Assembly: GCF_964204645.1 (NCBI RefSeq)
Contig: NC_134026.1
Coordinates: forward strand, 8,765,950-8,829,949
DNA: 64,000 nucleotides
DNA from: Tubulanus polymorphus
Lineage: Eukaryota; Animalia; Nemertea
Reading direction: 5' to 3'
Shown: one piece after another, positions 55,341-64,000 of the stretch
Numbering within the stretch: the stretch's first letter is position 1
Layout: each line of letters opens with the position of its first letter
Made by a program: the position numbers and the translations under genes
The notes under the pieces: generated by a model
Databases searched by the model: none
Seen by the model: only the letters and a program-made list of their open reading frames with translations
What the model was told of the DNA's origin: nothing

Positions 55341-58300
55341 GCTGTTTTCTTGTTCTAGTGCAAAACTACGCTATTTATGTACTGATACCGCTAAAGCTAA
55401 GAACATAAACCAGTCTTATTACAGACCTATTAGCATCAAAAATAGTAGATAGGTCCTAAGAGCTTGGCTTTAGTGGTAGTAGTTTTGGTGTTGCTGTTAC
55501 TATATGTTTAGTATGGTATGGTTCATGTAAAGAATATTGTGTTAAAATTTAAGGTGCTCCATTCATTATTACTACATAATAACATGTGTGAAGACAAAGT
55601 TTTTCTCAAAATGGATATTTTTTATTTTGGTATAGGCCTACCAAATTAAAGATTTTAGGTGCCTGTTTGACAGATTTCTTGAGGTGAATTATTGCTGTTT
55701 TTAAGGTCTGTTTTCTTAAGTTTGGTATTCTAGTCAAATACCAGTGCCTGGGGCCAGTTCGTGTCTCAATTCTCAGGACAATATCCTCATTTTTAAGAAG
55801 CTGAAGAATTGTTTAGTTATCCCTATGAAGCTGGACCTGCTGTTACACAGTGTTATAGAGATAGTGCACCAACATCATGTTTGTTCATCTACTGGCATGT
55901 TATATTGGCCAACAACTGTGGCTTTCACTTAAGTTAGCCACTCATGTGCTTGATGGTCAATATGGATGCTATGCTGACAAGGTCCCTACAACTCCTTGAT
56001 TCCTTAGAAATTCCTTCTAAACTGAAAATACTTTTTGAAGGTGCCTGAAATTCCTTTCATTTGAGTAAAATGCCTGAAATCCATTTAAAACTTCACTTTT
56101 GACAAATGGGCTATTAGAAGTTTTACTACGGTACATCTAAATCATACCAGGGACCAGGATTATTTTTACCCGAAATAAGAGGTTACTGCACTGAATAAAA
56201 AGCCGAATTTAGCAGTGTATTGGCTTAGTGTATTAGCAAAAATTGGCTTACAAAACCAACATATTAACGGTTTACCCAGAAAATCAGTTGCCTACCGATT
56301 AAGAAAAGCAATGCAGACGCATCCTGGAAATCTGAAACTGTTACCTTTAAAATCATTATGTCCAGGAATAATTGATCTGTAGGGACCCCGGATGACCTCT
56401 ATACTTTATTCGTAAAATCATTAAAGCTTGCTGGTATGTGTCAATAGTACCAGTATACAACAACTTTATGTACAAACATTTTTGGGTATGGATGTTTTTT
56501 TAACCAGTATGTATACATTATGCATTGGGTTTCATTTACTCGAATAATGCGACCGTTTATGTACTCTTGTGGCCAATCATCGCAAAGCTTTCGCACAGTT
56601 GAAATTATTTGCTTATACATGTACGTTAACCACAATGACGCTTAATGAAATGGAATAGAAGCCGACTATGTACAAAACTGTACATACCATGGGACCATTC
56701 ATTCATTCATTACATAGGTACGTAAAGGGCGTTACATCCGCTGCGTAATATAAGTCTGTAAGGGGAGGAGTCTAGATGCATGTATGCTTGCTTTCAGGGG
56801 TGTTAAAAAAATCGGAATTTTATGCATTTGTAATAAATCAATGGTCTCCACGCTTTATATTTTTACTATCAGTAGTTTTTTCATGGTGAAGTGTAAAATG
56901 AGACGGCCCCTTTTCTACCATAGGAGTTGCTTCTTTGTAAATGTGGTGACTAGACTTTCACGGCGTTGGACAATATTCGTGGTGGATAATTTTTTATTGA
57001 TGTTAATGTGATATTTTTGCTAAAAATTAACGCGTGGCAACTAAGTGTACCAACCGTCAAGCTGCTTGTAGAAGGCTTTAGATGTCAATGTTTTACGGGT
57101 TGCAGTATATAGAACAGTGAACTGCACGTAGAGTGACTGTTTTTTTTTTTGTTTTTTTTATTAAAATGTTGAACTGATAATGAAGATATGTGTATTACAG
57201 CTAGCTTGAGTTTAATGGTTACCGAAAAATTCATTGGCTGTCCTTTGAAAAAAAAAGCTTGTCGTTTTTCTGTCTGGCCTCAGGTTCTGTACTAAGAGAG
57301 ATTAATAAAAGAAGCACAAAATACTTGATTCAATTTTTTAGCTTTGTTCCATGATTCTGTTTTTCTGAACTCGTTTTATTAATATGTCAGTACATGTATA
57401 TCTTATCGCAACTAGCTACGCCTTTATTTCATATAATTACCTACTTGATGCAAGTTCCTCAGTATTCTAAATTTTCTAATGATGTACTCCATCCAGTTTT
57501 ATTGATTTTGACCTCAAACATTTAGACAGTTGTCCTTAATAATACACCTCGCCTAACTCGGACAAACTGGGACCAGCAAAATCAGTCAACTAAACGTAGT
57601 CCGAGTTAAGAATAAGAAAAAAACGTAAGTAAGGCAGAAAAATGATTTCGTGTTTTGAGTTGGCAATGTCCAAGCAGGGAGGTGAGAGGTTCACTGTACA
57701 TGACTCGCGTCAAATTTTCTAAACCCACAAACTGGTTGCGGGGAGTTATTTGACTCAAGGAGTTCATTCATTGAAAATGTACTAATCTTAACTCAGCTCA
57801 ACTCATACCTGTGGAACTGGATCCAGAGTACCATACATCCAACCAGATTCCTGCAGTAAAATAGGATTCAGAAGTTTCAAATCGAGAATGAACAGCTTTA
57901 TCTGGACCCAAATCTATGGCACTTGATGCTAGATTTTCTTTGTCTTTAAGAAATCTTTTGTTCTTTTTGATTGTTATATCCATGAGTCCTTTGTAGTAAT
58001 GCTTTAAACCTCTGGGACTGGATTTTGGTATTACCTTTAACCCTGGGGCTAATCCAGTTGAAAATGAATTGAGTTAAGAGCCCCTGGGTTAAAGTTAATA
58101 CTACTAGTCTATGAAACTGGCCCCTGGTGTAGAGCCTACTAGCACTGAGATTTTATTCAATAATAATAGTAATTCCATCATACCAACCACTAAGTCAGGA
58201 ATTTGTAAGACAAGGCAAAACTAATCAAACAATATTATCAGTTTATTTATTTATCCAACATCCATATAGTTCGAACATAATTTACAGGATATGACGTCCA

Positions 58301-58904
58301 AGTTCATACATTCATAGTTTACAGGTTCAGAATATGTTTAACATCAGTTATAATCATATAATGGATGACAAAAGAGATATAATAATGTACAATTGATTGA
58401 AAGGTAATCATTAAAATGGCATCAAATGCAAAAAAAAATCTTCGGCACAAAGCTATAATGAACGATATAGATTTTCAAAAAGGCAGACAATCTAATCGCA
58501 TGAAATCATAGATACACTAAATTAATGTCCCATTCCGATCACCCTTATTAGATCCGAAAATCTGTACTGTATAACAGGATTATTTAAGTGCTTCGAGGTA
58601 CAAAACTAATCATCAATTAAGTCAAGGGTTAATTAATCATCAAGGTTAATCATCAAGGGTTAATAAAGGCAGGGAAATGAATTACGCGACTCCCAACTCA
58701 GATATTAAGATACCAACGGAGAATACAGTGAACCAACGTATAGTACGCATTATATGTATGGGATCATTTGTTCATGATACGATATATGGGATTCGAAGCC
58801 AAATTCTACCGTACATTCAAATTTCGTTACCGATATTTACAATTCCTGAAATGTTTACAGACGGCGTACACGATACCTAGTGTACATTTTTCAAGAAGTA
58901 TGAA

Positions 58905-59466
58905 CTAGAAATATATTTGTCTAGCGCTGGAAGGAGACTGCTCCATCGGACAGTACGGACACTTCACCCTGAAAATAAGAGGAAATATTTTCGTCACATC
59001 GTTCAGCAGTGGAATTTAGGAGGTTTACCAGGTATGACCGGACCCTGTTTTCTAAGGAGGTACAATAATCAACTTTGGAGTGAGCAATTTCAAGTTTATA
59101 ACGCGTTCGCTGCCGGCTACAAATATACTCATTTCAGGTTCTGTCACCAGTGCTACTACGAATATAGCCGCGATTACACGAGCATATTTGGACCGGGCCA
59201 AATTTGGCCTGTAACAACTGTTCACATGGGTGCCAAATGGACCCGAGCCTGTTTGGCCCGACCAAAAACGTCGGACCAGGCCCGAGCCAGATTTTAGCAC
59301 CAGACAAATGATTGCGTTTGGATTGCAACCGGAAATGATCCACTTCACTTTGAGCATTGTTTAGTATCGAGTGAATGGTTTGCGTGTGAACGTGCTCTCT
59401 AATTAGGCACAGGCCAAATTTGGCCCCGAGCCTGATCCGTGCCAATTTGGCCCGGGGCAAATCGTG

Positions 59467-59526
<60 letters not shown>

Positions 59527-62500
59527 GGCAGCTTATATTTGTAGCTGATTCTTCCTATTTACAGTTAGATAAATGCAATCTGGCACGCGGGAATGACACA
59601 GTTCATGATTGTCTGGCAATGCAAACAAACTAACAGGGATTAATTGTGATCGTTGAGTACCCGCTAATTGGAACAATAATACCGCAATACCACAATTTTA
59701 TGATAATCAGAGATAGATTCAACATAATTCAGTTATATAAACTTGATTTAGATACTCACTTGTTGCCATTTGCGAGTTTATTGAGGGCATCACGTGAAAT
59801 GACATGACCGCATACAAGACGAACAGGTGGATTCGATTCTGTACTCTGCTGCCTTAGAATTGGACATGCGAATACGGAATGATACCGACTTTCCATGCCT
59901 AGATCTATTTCAACCTACAAATTAGAACGATACAGTGACTTCCAAATTTCAAAGGAAATACAATCTTTTTTTAAGTGAATATGACGTGTTTTCTTAGTAT
60001 ACCGAATTTGGCTGCTGTTAATATAAATCATTCGTATTCACAAATTACATAATTTGATAGACATTTAGCTAGTTCCATGTGGTACAATAATGGAACACAA
60101 GACTTTGCTCAAGTTGAATCTGACCAATTCAGTTACGTAAACCTGTTCAACTCAGATATCATTGACCCCTGGTATTAAGTATACAGGTAGACCATTCCAA
60201 ATTCAACAAAATATCAGACTCGAGCAAAGTCTAGTGTACAGTCTCATTCTATTAGCAATTTATTATCGAGTATGATAACTCACAGGAAGTTCATCTTTAG
60301 CGCTCCAAACGCCGGAACACTGCCTTTGCTGCATGACTTGTTTGATATTCAATAGCGGCGGTAACGCTGAACAACCTGCTCGAATACTGAAATAAACATT
60401 TAGACAGCATTCTTAGAATATAAAACCACTATTTAACCCGAAACTGAAGAGCTTGGTTCTACGCCAGTCACCAATAAGGTTTCAACTCAATAGACACTTT
60501 CTAAATTTCCATCTTGAACCTAAATTACAACGAAATGTCATCCGTTGTTACATGGCATCTTTTGTTTCATTTATTCAATACTGGGTACCGGGTATTCAAA
60601 TATTTGGATTTGGACTCGGTATAGAATCAGCCTATCTCTTTGACTTTTGTACTAAATTCATTCACTTCAGACCATCCTCCTGTTATAGGTTGAGAAAATT
60701 ACCTGACACTGAGAGGACTTTCCACAGACAGACCGAGCAATGAGCAAGCATCACGGGTAAATACATCACAGATTTCTGCCCACAGAATAGGATCCAATAA
60801 ATGAGAATATGGAGAATTTTCAATTCCTTGACGTAGGTACAACAAACTGCCCATGAGCACTTGAAGTTCTGTAACAAAAACAAAATGAATACAGCATATC
60901 TTATTGCAATACAATACCAGAACAAAGGCAAATAGTGTTAACAGGCATGTTATAACTTGAGATGATTACTGGTAGAAAGAAAGTGGCATTATCTATGATT
61001 ATTATATGATGAGAAAGTGGCATTATCTATGATCATTATCTTATGATGAGCTATGATTCTGCAATTGATTGTGGTCACAAAATATACATAGATGTTGCAT
61101 AGGTACCAATATATATATGGAAATACCATGGTGAATATTATATACAGAAACCAATCACCTTGAAACTCATGAAAACCATAAAACAAAATGAGCTACAATT
61201 CTGCAATCGATTTTCATCACAAAATATGCCAAGGTACCACTATTTGGAAATACCACGTTATTCTGCTATTAAAAACCATTCAAAAATCTTCATCACATAT
61301 ACTCATGAGTACTGATGAGACTAAGATGGCCACCGACTGTATTACTGATCGAAAAACCCTACGTTAAAGATTCCTTCTAAAGGCATACCCGTCATAAATT
61401 TCAATGATTCTTAAGATGGCAAACCATTTGTAAGCCACAGGTCTCAAAAATAAACTTTATGGGCACTAAAGACGTCATGGAATGGCCATCTTGTGCCTGA
61501 TCAACACAAAGCTCATAGGAACAAGATTTCTCTCTCATAAACCAGTAGATATGTTATTAGTACGGTGTATACACTACCTCTCGGATGTGATAAAGCGAAT
61601 GGTGCCAAATTCTTGGCATAACACAAAGCTTCGTTTTGTTTTGCAAATCCCTGACTAATGAGGCTGATGAACTGTAACCGATGAAGCTTGAATTCCAAAG
61701 TGCTGTTCTGCGACTGTAGTTTTTCCCGGTTGTTATGAGCCCATCTAAATGATTGAACCAGAAAAAGAATTCAGAAAATTGTTTGTACCGGTACATTATC
61801 AATCCAAGCCTTATCCGACTGGATATCTTGTAAGTTAACAATTAAGAGATAGCAGCGAAATTGAGCGCATTCACCACAGGATTAAACCAAGGTCTTGTAC
61901 AAACAGGTCTGCTTGGCCAGTGGTTATATAGCTTGATGCTGTATATCTAACCATTTGGTCATAAAGACCAAAGGTGCAAAAAAGAAAATCATAGATTAGT
62001 CTGAATTATAAGACCTAGGCCTTCCTCAAAACCACTAGCCCATATGAACTCCCATATGAACTCAACTCTGTACGAATGGAAGTTTCTTAATTTTTCATAG
62101 TTCAGTTCCCTTTCGATCAGTATTGGAAAAACACCATCCCTAGCTTATTCCTCCACGTATGACCTTATGATTTTGACATAAGAAATTAGGAACACGTACT
62201 CCAAAGCTGGACCGAGCTCCTGCAGCTTGAGTGCTTCTAAAATTCCATGTAATTCGAGAAAAGGTTCTTTTTGCACATCTTCAAGCGTAAGTCCAGCATC
62301 CTACAAATTATAGAGGTAGTAACATTACATTATACTCTAAACCAGGATTCAGACAACAATATTTAAAAGAACATTTTTATATCGAAGAAGACAGAGACAA
62401 ATTTGAGAGAGTTGACTTAGGAAATGATTTACCAGGTACCCATATTATTGGAATAAGAAAGATCAAATAATTTAAATCACTGAATTCTATAAACCAACAG

Positions 62501-63829
62501 AATTCCTCTCTAAGAGTTACCGAAAGTATTTGAAAATGAACCAATTTCAACCCTCAACAGTGAAATTGTGTCGAGATATACCATTTCTTGAACTTATTAG
62601 GGTTATGCCAAATTGTTCATCAGCTCCGTATTACTCTACCTCTTGTAACTGTTCAGCAATATCCAGCATTCCTTGGCGAAGGAAATGTTCGCAAACAACT
62701 GCATTCAGTAACGGTTTACGGTCCTGAGATTCGAAATTTGGATCGGACACTACAGCCCCGAAATCAGATACAAAATTCTGAAAGGATTATTAGAAATATA
62801 AATCTAGAATATTTCGACTGCAGTGGTTTTTTTCAAAATGAATTTTGGATAGTTCTGGGGATTCAACCCCATACGGTTTGCTGCCAACTACGAGATATTT
62901 GGTTCTTCAGATTCTTCCATCATCACACCTGCAAGTTAACTCATAAGCAAACTTCAGTTTTCGAAGTTAGTCAATTTCACTCTAGCCGTTGTGGCTAACA
63001 ACCAAATGCACTATGATACGGTCATAATGCATTTCAGAGTTTCGGCCGTGCTCAATCCTGTGGTCGACTATTTCTGGACTATTGTTCCCGCTTACTGACA
63101 TTCGGTTTCACTTAGTTTGCAAATAGTCGACTAACTCCGATAACCGAAGTTCGCCGTAGCTGATCATTCTAAATTCACTCTTTGTTATTGACAATTGAAA
63201 TCAAAAAGGTCATTATTTAGTAATTTCTATAGCGCCCTGTTCATTGTGATACAATGTTCAACAGCGCTTTCCATTAAATTGGTATTATTACCCCCAGCCT
63301 ATAACTCTATATCATCTCTGCCTGGAGAGAAGTAATATCCGAACAGCTGCTGGGCGCTCAGGAGTCATCCATCAGACCAGGTATCCATTAATTCCTGGGT
63401 GGAGAGAGGCAAGGAGGACATAAGTGTCTTGTGCGAGGACACTTCGGTAATGTATGCGGTTGGAACCCACGACCTGGCTTCGAATGCTCTAACCACTTGC
63501 CCACACTGCTCGCCATGATAATTGGCCAGCAGTGTGAACAAACTCATCCTCACACTCACTGGTATCAATTCAGGACTATGCAATAGCTCTATTGCCAACT
63601 TAAAGATAACTCGTAGCAGCAAACTGAGTGCTGCACCATATCATCAAGGTGGCGGTTGAGCGTGTTGAATCTAATGCGCTTACCCGGTCAATAGCTTTAC
63701 CAACTTTAGAAACGCTGCTGTGTAGATCTTTATGTTCCTGACCGATACAAGACGTAATATCTTTAATTCGACGAACGCTTTCTATTAACATCAGCATATG
63801 CCCCGGTTGAAGTTCACCTTCGCTCGGAA
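58905..63829 (-). CDS. RMND5: E3 ubiquitin ligase RMND5 / GID2 (CTLH complex); first exon beyond window end
   Basis: Exons (-): 63829-63684, 62777-62640, 62300-62200, 61744-61578, 60868-60703, 60386-60284, 59914-59760, 58968-58905. [19 protein letters not shown], Lis[77 protein letters not shown]. Confidence 0.97.
59470..59525. repeat. (GT)n microsatellite, ~28 units, at the end of a GC-richer repeat (~59205-59469) rich in GGCCC/GGGCC motifs
   Basis: Direct inspection. Confidence 0.97.
63217..63511 (-). mobile_element. tRNA-derived SINE with conserved central domain and L2/CR1-like tail
   Basis: - strand: A-box-like TGGGCAAGTGGTTAGAGC, B-box-like GGGTTCCAACC, central GTGTCCTCGCACAAGACACTT..CCTCTCTCCACCCAGG..AATGGATACC, tail AAAGCGCT..GCGCTATAGAAAT. 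Confidence 0.82.
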
Positions 63830-64000
63830 CTAAAAACAATTTCATGAAGAATTAACGCCTAAGTTATGATCATGAATAAGTTTCGTCCATGATATTCACT
63901 ACTCGAAACTGGCAAGGAACGTTACTAAAAAGAAATCAGGGTCCGTACAGAATTCAAGGACTTTTCAAGGGGAAAATTCCAAACTTTGAGGAGTGTCTGC

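Noticed and set aside
58917-59633. Overlapping ORFs of 64-126 aa
   Set aside because: Antisense to the last RMND5 exon, or inside a GC-richer repeat and (GT)n tract.
60981-61260. Local duplications in an RMND5 intron
   Set aside because: Ordinary short tandem duplications (~34 bp and ~140 bp period) with no further structure.

Overview
AT-rich, intron-containing invertebrate metazoan DNA (lophotrochozoan-like repeat landscape, which is an inference). I spliced five protein-coding genes by hand: ENDOV (- strand, 6 exons visible, last exon beyond the window start), SMC3 (+, 29 coding exons, complete), a clan-3 CYP3A/CYP5-like cytochrome P450 (-, 13 coding exons, complete), UROS (+, 8 exons, complete) and RMND5/GID2 (-, 8 exons, first exon beyond the window end). 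Two non-canonical introns are well supported by reading-frame continuity: a U12-type AT-AC intron in SMC3 and a GC-AG intron in ENDOV. Introns and intergenic DNA hold many MITEs, a SINE, a 5'-truncated 5S rRNA copy and several palindromic Penelope-like ends carrying minimal hammerhead ribozyme motifs. The most unusual unexplained signals are (i) a ~720-nt, densely structured, uAUG-rich region directly upstream of the ENDOV start codon inside the ENDOV/SMC3 head-to-head interval (possible IRES-like leader or unannotated ncRNA), and (ii) a hammerhead-bearing retroelement end fused to the 5S rRNA fragment. All structures and family calls were made by eye; no database search or folding was run.
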